Assembly: GCA_002306985.1 (NCBI GenBank)
Contig: DBTJ01000116.1
Coordinates: 68 to 59,338, forward strand
Source of the DNA: Verrucomicrobia bacterium UBA1319
GTDB lineage: Bacteria > Verrucomicrobiota > Verrucomicrobiia > Limisphaerales > UBA1319
Direction: 5' to 3'
Length of the DNA: 59,271 bases
Part shown: in pieces, positions 28,079 to 37,179 of the stretch
Layout of the letters: the number at the start of each line of letters is the position of its first letter
Position numbering within the stretch: position 1 is the stretch's first letter
The notes under the pieces: model-generated
What the model saw: the letters and a program-made list of their open reading frames with translations, nothing else
What the model was told of the DNA's origin: nothing
Databases searched by the model: none
Made by a program: the position numbers and the translations under genes

Positions 28079-29929
28079 ATGAATAAGAATTCTCGCGCGC
28101 GTTGGCCTGACTGGTTGAAAACCCCCAGGGATTTTCTTCGCGGCCTGCTGTTTTTTGGTTTCGTCTTCTACTTTCTTCGCCAACAGGTCGATCTGCGCTT
28201 GATTTACCATGGCGGCGGCATGCTGGTTAACTTCCCGACATTTTATTGGGGAGATGTTTTTTTTCGTGAATTTGCGGCGTATCCAGGCGGGGTTATGGAA
28301 TACGCTTGCGCGCTCGCGTCGCAAAGCTTTTTCGACCCTTGGCTAGGTCCGCTCGTGGTCACCGCAATGGGCTGGCTGCTTTATGCGAGCACGGCCTATT
28401 ACTTGAGGGTTTTGGGAATGGGTTCGGTTGGCGTGATTGGGTATGCGCAGCCTCTTTTGATTTTGGCGTTGTATGCCCGGTACGTTAATTACGCGGAAGT
28501 TCTGCCGGTGGCCGGAACTCTAATAACGGCGGCAATGTCCGCGTGCCTATACCTGAAAATCCGGCCCCATAGTCTCTATCTTTTCGGATGGATACTGGCG
28601 CTCTTCACGGGTGCCGTTTATGTCATCGCGAGCGGCGCCGCCCTTTGGTTTATCGGGCTTTGCTGGCTGGGCGAATGGCGCGGCAATGCGCGATGGAAAA
28701 GGTTGATGATCGCGTGTCTGGCGTTGGCGGCGCCTTTCATCGTCGGTAAACTCGCCTATGGAACCCCTCTGTCGGAGGTCTGGCCGCAGTTAAATGCCCA
28801 TGGTTTGAGATGGTTTCACCTTAAGGAGTGGGACCAGGCGATGGTCAATGCCTTGTATTTAGTTTTACCGTTGGCGACGTTGAGTGGGTTAATGCTGGCT
28901 CAATTTGGGAAACGATCTCCCGTTGCGCCAGCCGCTGGATTCAGTCCATCAAACGGCAATTCACGAGGCGACTTACTCAGCTCGGTTTTTAGCACCGTTC
29001 TTCTGCTCGCGATGGTGGTGGCGACGGGATTATTATCGCTCAATGCCACCCTGCGGGCGGCCTTGAAAGTGGATTATTATTGCTGGCGGCAAAGGTGGTC
29101 CGAAGTTCTCAAAATCGCGCCGGAAGCCCCCAGGACAGCCCATGTTATATGCGCGCAGGACCGGGCCTTGTACCACTCGGGCCGTTTGGGCGATGATTTG
29201 CCGTTCGCGCAAAATTCCGAGGTTTTGATGCTGAATCAGAAAAAGTACCGGCCGGATTGGAATGCCATCGATTTGTATATCGATTTGGGTTTTATCAATC
29301 TGGCGCAGCATCATTTGGCGGAATCCGTGGAATACTATGGTGAACGGCCTCTGCTGTTAAAAAGGCTGGTTTTGGTGAATCGGGTGGCGGGCAACGACGG
29401 GACCGCGCGCATCTATTTAAACGCTTTGGCAAAGGTTCCGTTTTATTCGGACTGGGCCAAGGAGTACTTGCGAAAACTGGCGGCAAAAGCGCCGCTCGAC
29501 GACGACGGCGAGGTGGAGCGATTGCGGCAACTCGCCTTCACGAAAGATTATATCGCGCCACTACCCGCCGAAGCGCTGCTGCTCCATTTGCTCGAACGGA
29601 ATAAAAATAACCGGATGGCGTGTGAATATTTGCTCGCGCATTACCTGCTGAGCAAAAATCTGCCAGGTTTTGTCAAAGAAATCAGCCGATTGAAAGATTT
29701 CAGCCTGGGAGGAATCCCCCGGCTGCATCAGGAAGCCATCGTGCTAGCCGTGCGGGCTCTCGATTTGAAAGTGGATCTGAAAAGCCTTCCCATAGACCTA
29801 GGATGTGTCCAGCGACACGATGAGTTCGCGCGGCGGTTGAAGGCATTGGGCGCCGATGCTCCCCATGCCAGAGAAATCTTGCGTCAAGATTATGGCAATA
29901 GTTATTACTTTTTCTATTATCTGCAATAA
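28079..29929 (+). CDS. DUF6057-like polytopic membrane protein with C-terminal helical domain
   Basis: AAYPGGVMEYACALASQSFFDPWLG N-terminus, ~9 TMs, NRMACEYLLAHYLLSKNL, YGNSYYFFYY C-terminus. Confidence 0.7.
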   Translation: MNKNSRARWPDWLKTPRDFLRGLLFFGFVFYFLRQQVDLRLIYHGGGMLVNFPTFYWGDVFFREFAAYPGGVMEYACALASQSFFDPWLGPLVVTAMGWLLYASTAYYLRVLGMGSVGVIGYAQPLLILALYARYVNYAEVLPVAGTLITAAMSACLYLKIRPHSLYLFGWILALFTGAVYVIASGAALWFIGLCWLGEWRGNARWKRLMIACLALAAPFIVGKLAYGTPLSEVWPQLNAHGLRWFHLKEWDQAMVNALYLVLPLATLSGLMLAQFGKRSPVAPAAGFSPSNGNSRGDLLSSVFSTVLLLAMVVATGLLSLNATLRAALKVDYYCWRQRWSEVLKIAPEAPRTAHVICAQDRALYHSGRLGDDLPFAQNSEVLMLNQKKYRPDWNAIDLYIDLGFINLAQHHLAESVEYYGERPLLLKRLVLVNRVAGNDGTARIYLNALAKVPFYSDWAKEYLRKLAAKAPLDDDGEVERLRQLAFTKDYIAPLPAEALLLHLLERNKNNRMACEYLLAHYLLSKNLPGFVKEISRLKDFSLGGIPRLHQEAIVLAVRALDLKVDLKSLPIDLGCVQRHDEFARRLKALGADAPHAREILRQDYGNSYYFFYYLQ

Positions 29930-29968
29930 TTGGGGCTCGAGATTTTGCGGACGGACTCCGGATGCAAC

Positions 29969-31567
29969 ATGAAAACTAAACGGGCTATCTTCATGCTCTC
30001 GGTCTTGGCGGCATGTGGCTTGATCTGCGTGGCGGGTTTGGGCATCGATCGCTGGCTGGCGGTGCGCCAGGCGCAAATGGCGGTGGCTGGGGCGGCAGCG
30101 CCCAGGCTCGAGCCGGATTATGCCGGCATCGTGATGCCTCCCAATATTTGCCCGTTGAATTTTAAAATCGCCGAACCGGGCACCCAATTTTATGTCGTTG
30201 CCCGCGGAACGAGTGGCGAACCGATCTCCGTGCTTAGTGGGAAGCCAGCCATCGCCTTTCCGAAGAGTGCTTGGCGCCGGTTGTTGGAGGCCAACCCAGG
30301 CGGAAGTTTGTATTTTGACATCTGCGCCCGGCAAGCGGATAAAACCTGGCGCCGATTTGCCTCCGTTACGAACCTAATTGCCCGCGATCGAGTTGACTCG
30401 CACCTCATTTATCGGAAAATCCATCCGCTTCATAACACCTGGAACGAAATGGGCATTTATCAACGGGATTTGACGAGTTTTAAAGAAACGCCCATCCTCG
30501 AAAACAAACTATTCGGCAAGGATTGTTGCCACTGCCACTCGGTGTGGAATCAGGATTCCGCGCGTTTTTCGCTGGATATTCGCAGCTCCAAATATGGCAA
30601 TAGTTTGCTGATGGTCACAAACGAGCGGGGGGTCAAGATCGGCGGAACGGTAGGTTTTACCACCTGGCATCCTAGCGGGCGCATTATGGTGTGCTCTTTT
30701 GGCCAGCCGCGCCTACTGTTATGCGGCGCGCGAAGTGAAATGCGCGAGATCGTGGATCTGGAAGATTCTCTGGGCTATTTGCCGGATGGCGGCGTTCAAG
30801 TGAAACGCGTTCCCAAGGTGCATCCCGAGAAACAGCTGGCCACCTTTCCCACCTGGTCGCCGGAAGGGCGGTATTTGTATTATTGCGCCACCACGAATCT
30901 ATGGAAAATCCCTGGCAAAACCCGGAATAATAATTTTAACGAAATAAAATTCGATCTCATGCGCATCCCCTATGAGGTCGAGCGCGACCAATGGGGCGAA
31001 CCGGAGCCGGTGGTTTGTTCCCGCGATACTGGCAAGAGCGCCGTGCAGCCGAGAATCAGCCCGGATGGACGCTGGCTTAGCTTTATCTTATGCGATTACG
31101 GCTGCTGGCCGGTTTATCATGCCGAGAGCGATCTTTATATCGTGGACCTGCGGGCGGGCCGAACGGACGGCAAGTTCACTTATCGCCGAGCGGAACTCAA
31201 TTCTCCCGAGTGTGAATCCTGGCATGCGTGGTCCAGCAACAGCCGCTGGATGGTGGTTAAAAGCAAACGTGGTACCCCTCTGTTTGGTCGTCCTTATCTT
31301 TCCCATGTGGACGAGGATGGGCATTGTTCCAAGCCCTTTGTGGTGCCGCAACGCGATCCGGCCTATTATGATTCTTGCTTGATAACTTACACGATGCCCA
31401 CCCTGGCTTGCGGTCCGGTCATGGTGGACGAGGCACAACTGGCGCGGGCGATTAAGACCCCAGCTACCCGCGCTTTGATTATGCCACCCCGCGATGACGC
31501 CGAACCTTCGCATGAAGGTTTGAATCCTCCGGACGCATACGACGAAGGCGCCGGTTCGCAACAATGA
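29969..31567 (+). CDS. TolB-like PD40 beta-propeller protein with a CxxCH motif
   Basis: PDYAGIVMPPNICPLNF, MGIYQRDL, DCCHCHS, TFPTWSPEG, PRISPDGRWL, ESWHAWSSNSRW, SKPFVVPQRDP. Confidence 0.75.
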   Translation: MKTKRAIFMLSVLAACGLICVAGLGIDRWLAVRQAQMAVAGAAAPRLEPDYAGIVMPPNICPLNFKIAEPGTQFYVVARGTSGEPISVLSGKPAIAFPKSAWRRLLEANPGGSLYFDICARQADKTWRRFASVTNLIARDRVDSHLIYRKIHPLHNTWNEMGIYQRDLTSFKETPILENKLFGKDCCHCHSVWNQDSARFSLDIRSSKYGNSLLMVTNERGVKIGGTVGFTTWHPSGRIMVCSFGQPRLLLCGARSEMREIVDLEDSLGYLPDGGVQVKRVPKVHPEKQLATFPTWSPEGRYLYYCATTNLWKIPGKTRNNNFNEIKFDLMRIPYEVERDQWGEPEPVVCSRDTGKSAVQPRISPDGRWLSFILCDYGCWPVYHAESDLYIVDLRAGRTDGKFTYRRAELNSPECESWHAWSSNSRWMVVKSKRGTPLFGRPYLSHVDEDGHCSKPFVVPQRDPAYYDSCLITYTMPTLACGPVMVDEAQLARAIKTPATRALIMPPRDDAEPSHEGLNPPDAYDEGAGSQQ

Positions 31568-31627
31568 ATTAATGGAGTCTTCGCCAGGTTGCCGGTATAC
31601 CCGCTGAAAGAAATCGTCGGCGAGCGC

Positions 31628-31659
31628 TTGACACGAACTGTATGTGTGTTACCGTACAG
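31628..31659 (+). promoter_or_regulatory. Sigma70 promoter with overlapping YtrA-type operator
   Basis: TTGACA (31628), 16-bp spacer, TG-n-TACCGT (31647-31655); inverted repeat CTGTAtG-N8-CgTACAG (31638-31659) directly before the GntR ATG at 31667. Confidence 0.65.
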
Positions 31660-31666
31660 ACGTAAT

Positions 31667-32119
31667 ATGGCTGTCCGATTGCACATTCAAATCGACACGT
31701 TGTCTGGCCTGCCGGTGTACCGGCAAATCATGGACCAGATAAAATACTATATTGCCTCCGGTTCACTGGTGACGGGGGATCAATTGCCATCCATTCGCGA
31801 ACTCGCCCAGGCGTTGACGGTGAATCCCACCACGGTCGTCAAAGCCTACACGGAATTGGTGCATGAAGCGGTTATTGAGTTGCGCCATGGCAAAGGGGCG
31901 TTTGTGGCGTCTGGCTACAACCCGTTAAGTGTTGAGCAGCAAGACAAGGCGGTGCGTCGCATCGCGCGGCAATTAGCCGTGGAAACCGCCCAAATGGGCA
32001 TGTCGCCGGAGCGGGCATTGCGCATTGTGGAAGAAGAACTGGGGGCAATCTCCAGTGAACGGGCCGAGGCCAAAGCGCCGGTGAAACTCAAAGTGGTAGC
32101 TTCTGGAAGCCGATCATGA
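31667..32119 (+). CDS. GntR-family (YtrA subfamily) transcriptional regulator
   Basis: PVYRQIMDQIK...GDQLPSIRELA...VNPTTVVKAY...HGKGAFV with a short C-terminus; start moved to ATG 31667. Confidence 0.93.
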   Translation: MAVRLHIQIDTLSGLPVYRQIMDQIKYYIASGSLVTGDQLPSIRELAQALTVNPTTVVKAYTELVHEAVIELRHGKGAFVASGYNPLSVEQQDKAVRRIARQLAVETAQMGMSPERALRIVEEELGAISSERAEAKAPVKLKVVASGSRS

Positions 32120-33084
32120 CGCTGCCCATCCAAACGCAGAATCTGGCGAAAACATTCAATGGCGGCGTGGTCGCCGTCACCGGGTTGGAATTAGCGGTGG
32201 ATCGAGGAACTGTTTACGGCCTGATTGGGCGTAATGGCGCGGGCAAGACAACCACCTTGCGGTTGCTGATGGGGCTGCTTCGGCCCAACGCCGGTTGGGC
32301 GCGGGTTTTGGGGTGTGACCTTTGGGAAGCTCCGCGAAGCGTACGCCAAAAAGTAGCCTATGTTTCCCAATCGCAGCAGCTGCCTGGTTGGATGACTTTT
32401 GCGGATATTTGCCGTTATCACGCCAGTTTTTATGAGCGTTGGGATGCGGACTTTGCGCAAAGACTGGCGCGGCGCTGGGACGTGGCCGGCAACCGCCCCT
32501 TGGCTCGCCTTTCAGGGGGCGAACAGCGCCTGGCCGCCGTAGCTTTGGCTTTAGCGGCGCGGCCGGAAGTGATCCTGCTGGATGAGCCCGCCGCGGGCTT
32601 GGATCCCCTGGCCCGGCGTTCCTTGCTTGCGGGGCTCGTGGAAGCGTTGGGTCTAACCGACGGCTGTACGGTGTTGCTCAGCACGCATTTAATCGCCGAT
32701 TTGCAGCGCGTGGCGGATGCCGTTGGCATTTTGGATCGCGGGCGGCTCATTGCCCACGCGCGGCTGACGGATCTGCTTGATCAGCTCAAAAGAGTGCAAG
32801 TGGTGTTCAGCGAACCTTCCCCGCCCCGCGATTTTGCGGTGCCGGGGGCATTGCGCGTGAAAATCGATGGCCCAGTGGCCACGGCGCTAGTGCGGTTCGC
32901 CGGGGAATCGCAATTGGATTCGATTCGTGAAATGCCCGGGGTGAGGGTCAACGTGTTCCCCATGAATTTAGAAGAGATCTTCATCGAGTTGTTGGGGCCA
33001 ACTCAATTGGAAGAGGGCCGGGACGATTTGGCCATGCGAGATTTCGAATTGCTGAATTTGCGGAATGAAGATGCGCGCGTTTAA
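32116..33084 (+). CDS. ABC transporter ATP-binding protein (YtrB-like)
   Basis: GRNGAGKTT Walker A, LSGGEQR signature, LLDEP Walker B, STH; ATGA-coupled to the GntR gene. Confidence 0.93.
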   Translation: MTLPIQTQNLAKTFNGGVVAVTGLELAVDRGTVYGLIGRNGAGKTTTLRLLMGLLRPNAGWARVLGCDLWEAPRSVRQKVAYVSQSQQLPGWMTFADICRYHASFYERWDADFAQRLARRWDVAGNRPLARLSGGEQRLAAVALALAARPEVILLDEPAAGLDPLARRSLLAGLVEALGLTDGCTVLLSTHLIADLQRVADAVGILDRGRLIAHARLTDLLDQLKRVQVVFSEPSPPRDFAVPGALRVKIDGPVATALVRFAGESQLDSIREMPGVRVNVFPMNLEEIFIELLGPTQLEEGRDDLAMRDFELLNLRNEDARV

Positions 33085-33177
33085 GCGTGCCCAGTCGAAA
33101 AGGGGAAATAGCGGATGGGGTATCATGCCAGACCTCGCGGAGAGGATCGCGCTAGAAACGGAAACGCCAAGCGAGCT

Positions 33178-36100
33178 ATGAAAAAACTTTTTATTGCCAT
33201 TTTAATCGGAGTGGTTTGGTTAATTGGCGGCCTCAACATCGTGCGGGCCCAAGATGATTCAGAAGAGCAAATCTATGTCTCTCCCGGTCCCGGCCCCGAG
33301 CCATATCAACAAGTATTATCCGACTATATTAGCAATTTGCCGTACATCGACTCGATCCAAATTGGCGGCTCGAATGTGGTGGTTTACGTCGTGGTTCCGG
33401 ATGGGATAAAAAAAGTGACCTTGGAATCCCGCGCTCGCGCCGGAGCGGGCGCTTGGGTGCCGCGTGCGGTGCAGCGGATTGCGCAGGCGGGAACGCTGAC
33501 GTTTCAGTTGCCCAAAGGGGCCAGTGTTGAACTGCTGCGAGTGAGGGGGGACTTCCAGGAGGCGTTGCCCGCCGCCTTTTACCAAGGTGCTACGAATTTC
33601 AATGGTCCGGCGACAACTTACAATCCCGCGTGGGCCTATCCGGTGAATGACGTGGATACCGGGACGGATACCGATACTCCGGAGCGCGCGGTGGTGGAAT
33701 CCGACATTTGGTCGATTCGGGGTCATGCGCTCTACTATTTTAATCAATACCGAGGGCTGCAAATCGTGGATCTAACCCAGCCGGACGCGCCCGTATTGCG
33801 CCAGCAGCTAAGTCTGCCCGCGGTTGGTGAACAGATGTATGTGCTGGATGATAACCATGTTTTATTGCTGGTTCGCAACGCCGCTTCCGGACAAGCGGTG
33901 GTGGTGAATGTCGAAGCAACGCCGAAGATAGTCGCGACGCTGTCGATCGAGGGCGATCTGCAAGCGAGTCGCATGGTGGGGACCGCGCTTTATATCGTCT
34001 CCCAGACTTACCGGCAGAGCATCACCAACGACCCAAGCACCGGCGGCAACAGTTCGGAGTGGCAATGGGGATCGGTAGTCGCCGCTTTCGATCTAGCCAC
34101 GCCGGAAACGCCCATCACCAGGGATACCTTCTGGCGTCCCGGCTATGGAAACGTGGTGACGGCGACCGATCAGTATTTATTGGTGGCGGCGCAAAACCGC
34201 GAGACGGCCAATTCGGATATTCAAATCATCGATATTTCCGCGCCGGACGGGAAGATGAAATCGCTAGCCACGATTGCCGCCAAAGGATTCGTGGCGGATA
34301 AATTCAAAATCAATATCAACTCGAGCGCCGCCACCGGGGATATTCTCACGCTTATTTCCGAGTCAGGCTCGCGCTGGGGAGGCGCTGGCAATACGCTTCG
34401 GAGTGTGGTTACGACTTATTCGCTGGCGAATCCCGCTCAGCCTATCCGGCTCGGTTCCATCGAGGTCGGGCATGGCGAGGGATTATACGCCACGCGTTTC
34501 GATGGGGATCGGGTTTACTTGGTCACCTATCTTCGCGTTGATCCGCTCTGGATCGTCGACCTTAAGGATCCCGCCAATCCCCAATTGTTAGGGGAACTGC
34601 AAGTGCCCGGGTGGTCTACTTACATCTATCCGCTCGGCGACCATTTGGTCACCGTGGGCATCGACAATTCCAACCATTGGCAAGCCGCCGTTTCGCTTTT
34701 CGATGTGAGCAACCCGGCCAAACCCGCGATTCTGGGCAAAGTGCCGCTGGGTGGCGATTATTCCTGGAGCGAGGCAAACACCGATGAAAAAGCTTTCACG
34801 GTGTTGCCGGATGCCGGGTTGATTTTGGTGCCGTATCAAGGTTGGTCGACCAATGGCTGGGCTTCGAGCGTTCAATTGATCGATTTAAATCAGGACAGTC
34901 TGAAAGCTCGAGGAACCATCGAACACTCCATGCAGCCACGCCGCGCTACGCAGGTGGAGAATCGGATCATTTCCATTTCGGGCCGGGAGCTATTGGTGGT
35001 CAGCGCCCAAGATCGTGATCACCCCACCACTACCGCCGCCCTCGAACTATCGTGGGCGGTAGACAGCGTTTTTGTCGCAGGCAAGCATGTCATTGAAATC
35101 GAAAACGCACCCTATTGGGCGCCGGATGCAAGGCCGACGATTCGAGTGGTTGAGTCCAACCGTTTGGATTCAGTGACGGCTCTTTATTCTTTCACGAACG
35201 GCATTCCGATCTTGGGGGCATGCGCCAAGGATAACCGAGTATATGTTATCCAAGGCCGCATGAATTATTGGGTCACCACCGCGGGTGGTGGTCAGGCCGA
35301 GGATACCAATTTCTTTCTTTCAGTCTTCGACCTCGGCGGCCTGCCGGATTTGCGGCGCATCGGGTACGCGGCAACGACGGTCACAAATTCCTGGTACTCT
35401 GGCAAACTATCGCCGCTCTGGCCGCGCCCGGGATTATTGGTGTGGGTTGGTCAAGGCGGATGGGGGTGGCCGTTCTATACGTTTGCCACGGATTCAGCGT
35501 CTCTCTGGTGGGGTGGCGGCAGTGAGTGGCTGGCGGCGTTCGATGTGGCCGACCCGCGGGCGCCCAAGTACGAATCGGGGCTCCATCGCGCGGGGACCAA
35601 TGGGTGGTGGAATTATAGCGGGGCATATACCGCCAACGGATTGGTCTACCTTAGCGGCCAAGCTTCCGAGTTTGTGAACGCTTCCTCCAAAACGGAGGAT
35701 GGAACCGGCATTTGGGAAACGCATTATTATCTCGAGGTGATCGACTATGGTGACGCCGCCAATCCCACGTTGCGCGCCCCGGTCAATATTCCTGGATCGT
35801 TGATCGGCATATCCACCAATGGCGCCTTGCTCTATACCAAAGGCCCGGTTTGGGATGAAAAAGGGCAAACCGATTGGCGAGAGTATCTTCAAGCCTTGGC
35901 CTACGACGGAGTGCAAGCGTTTCTCGTCGATCGCGTTCCATTAGCGACTAATAGCTGGAATTACGGCCTGCCCCAATGCTTGGATGATGGCACGCTGCTG
36001 CTGGCCAACAGCCAGTATCAAGCATCCGAAACCGTCTCCCACATTCAAGGCTGGAAACTGAACAGCCAGGGAAAGCTGGTGAATATCTTCAGTCGTAAAA

Positions 36101-36336
36101 TGAGCGCTCCAGTCACGACTCTAGAAAACTGGGGTTCATTGCTCGGGGTGCAACTGAGCCAAACGATTGAGTTGTACGACCTGGCGGATCCAGCCAATTG
36201 GGTGCTACTGGGCAGCGGCCAGACCACCGGCTACGCTTGGCCACATTTAGACCAAGCAGACGCCAATGCGTCGTCCGGGTTGTATGTCCCGCTGGGGGAC
36301 TATGGGCTTTTAGGCATACCCATTGTCCCTCGATAA
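33178..36336 (+). CDS. Secreted beta-propeller domain protein (Beta_propel family)
   Basis: Signal peptide MKKLFIAILIG; VVESDIW, EGLYATRFDGDRVYLVTYLRVDPLWIVDLKDPANP, GELQVPGWSTYIYP, WSEANTDEKAF. Confidence 0.85.
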   Translation: MKKLFIAILIGVVWLIGGLNIVRAQDDSEEQIYVSPGPGPEPYQQVLSDYISNLPYIDSIQIGGSNVVVYVVVPDGIKKVTLESRARAGAGAWVPRAVQRIAQAGTLTFQLPKGASVELLRVRGDFQEALPAAFYQGATNFNGPATTYNPAWAYPVNDVDTGTDTDTPERAVVESDIWSIRGHALYYFNQYRGLQIVDLTQPDAPVLRQQLSLPAVGEQMYVLDDNHVLLLVRNAASGQAVVVNVEATPKIVATLSIEGDLQASRMVGTALYIVSQTYRQSITNDPSTGGNSSEWQWGSVVAAFDLATPETPITRDTFWRPGYGNVVTATDQYLLVAAQNRETANSDIQIIDISAPDGKMKSLATIAAKGFVADKFKININSSAATGDILTLISESGSRWGGAGNTLRSVVTTYSLANPAQPIRLGSIEVGHGEGLYATRFDGDRVYLVTYLRVDPLWIVDLKDPANPQLLGELQVPGWSTYIYPLGDHLVTVGIDNSNHWQAAVSLFDVSNPAKPAILGKVPLGGDYSWSEANTDEKAFTVLPDAGLILVPYQGWSTNGWASSVQLIDLNQDSLKARGTIEHSMQPRRATQVENRIISISGRELLVVSAQDRDHPTTTAALELSWAVDSVFVAGKHVIEIENAPYWAPDARPTIRVVESNRLDSVTALYSFTNGIPILGACAKDNRVYVIQGRMNYWVTTAGGGQAEDTNFFLSVFDLGGLPDLRRIGYAATTVTNSWYSGKLSPLWPRPGLLVWVGQGGWGWPFYTFATDSASLWWGGGSEWLAAFDVADPRAPKYESGLHRAGTNGWWNYSGAYTANGLVYLSGQASEFVNASSKTEDGTGIWETHYYLEVIDYGDAANPTLRAPVNIPGSLIGISTNGALLYTKGPVWDEKGQTDWREYLQALAYDGVQAFLVDRVPLATNSWNYGLPQCLDDGTLLLANSQYQASETVSHIQGWKLNSQGKLVNIFSRKMSAPVTTLENWGSLLGVQLSQTIELYDLADPANWVLLGSGQTTGYAWPHLDQADANASSGLYVPLGDYGLLGIPIVPR

Positions 36337-36398
36337 TGAATGGATTGAATCCAGATCTTTGGGAACGATTTGCAGTTCCTGTGTTGGGTCACGACCAA

Positions 36399-36437
36399 GG
36401 GTGGCGGGAGCTTTTGCCCTGCCACCCGGCTTTTTTT
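36399..36437 (+). terminator. Intrinsic terminator-like hairpin inside the YtrA-type cluster
   Basis: gggtggcggg / cctgccaccc stem followed by ggc and T7. Confidence 0.6.
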
Positions 36438-36460
36438 ATGCGATCGTGTACGGGGCCGGA

Positions 36461-37171
36461 ATGGAAATGAAACAAAATCGAAAAGCGTTCACGTTAGTTG
36501 AGTTATTGACGGTCATCGCCATTATTGGCGTGTTGGCATCGTTGATGATGACGGCGGTGACCTCGGCGAATAAAGCCTCTCACCGCGCTCGGTGCATGTC
36601 GAATTTGCGGCAGATCAGCCTCGCGTTAAACATGTATGTCGACGACTGCGAAAAACGCTCCCCCGATTTGGGCCATTTGACTTCCAGCCGCTATTTAGGC
36701 AACCGCCAAGCGCTGCTTTGCCCAAGCGATAAGACGAGCGGCTGGGGAAATCTGGTGAATCCGAGTCCGTTAACCACCACCTATTTTAATACGGATGGAT
36801 TGCAGACGACCAATACCGGCGGGGTACAGGTGCCTTTTTCCTATCTCAATCCATTACCATGGGAAAACTGGGCTTGGGATCGATTGGCCAAACTGGGAAG
36901 CCGGGCGGGGATCGCGGTATGCCAGCTCCACGGCTTGGGCAAACCGAACCTCGAAAATCCATCCTACCTGAATTATCAGGGTGTGATTTTACGCGCGCAA
37001 CGCGATGGCGCGGTGGTGCAAAAGGAGGTTTACTGGGACAAATCGACCTTCGTTGACACCGGCGTTTCGACAGCCGCCTCGGATTCGGTAACCAGTAGCG
37101 CCACCGGCAACGGTACGACGGTCGTGTTTGCCTACCCTTGGCGATTGTTTAGCGACGATCTCAATCCATAA
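36461..37171 (+). CDS. Prepilin-type N-terminal cleavage/methylation domain protein (pseudopilin)
   Basis: RKAFTLVELLTVIAIIGVLASL, CMSNLRQI, LLCPSD. Confidence 0.88.
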   Translation: MEMKQNRKAFTLVELLTVIAIIGVLASLMMTAVTSANKASHRARCMSNLRQISLALNMYVDDCEKRSPDLGHLTSSRYLGNRQALLCPSDKTSGWGNLVNPSPLTTTYFNTDGLQTTNTGGVQVPFSYLNPLPWENWAWDRLAKLGSRAGIAVCQLHGLGKPNLENPSYLNYQGVILRAQRDGAVVQKEVYWDKSTFVDTGVSTAASDSVTSSATGNGTTVVFAYPWRLFSDDLNP

Positions 37172-37179
37172 AGCAAACC

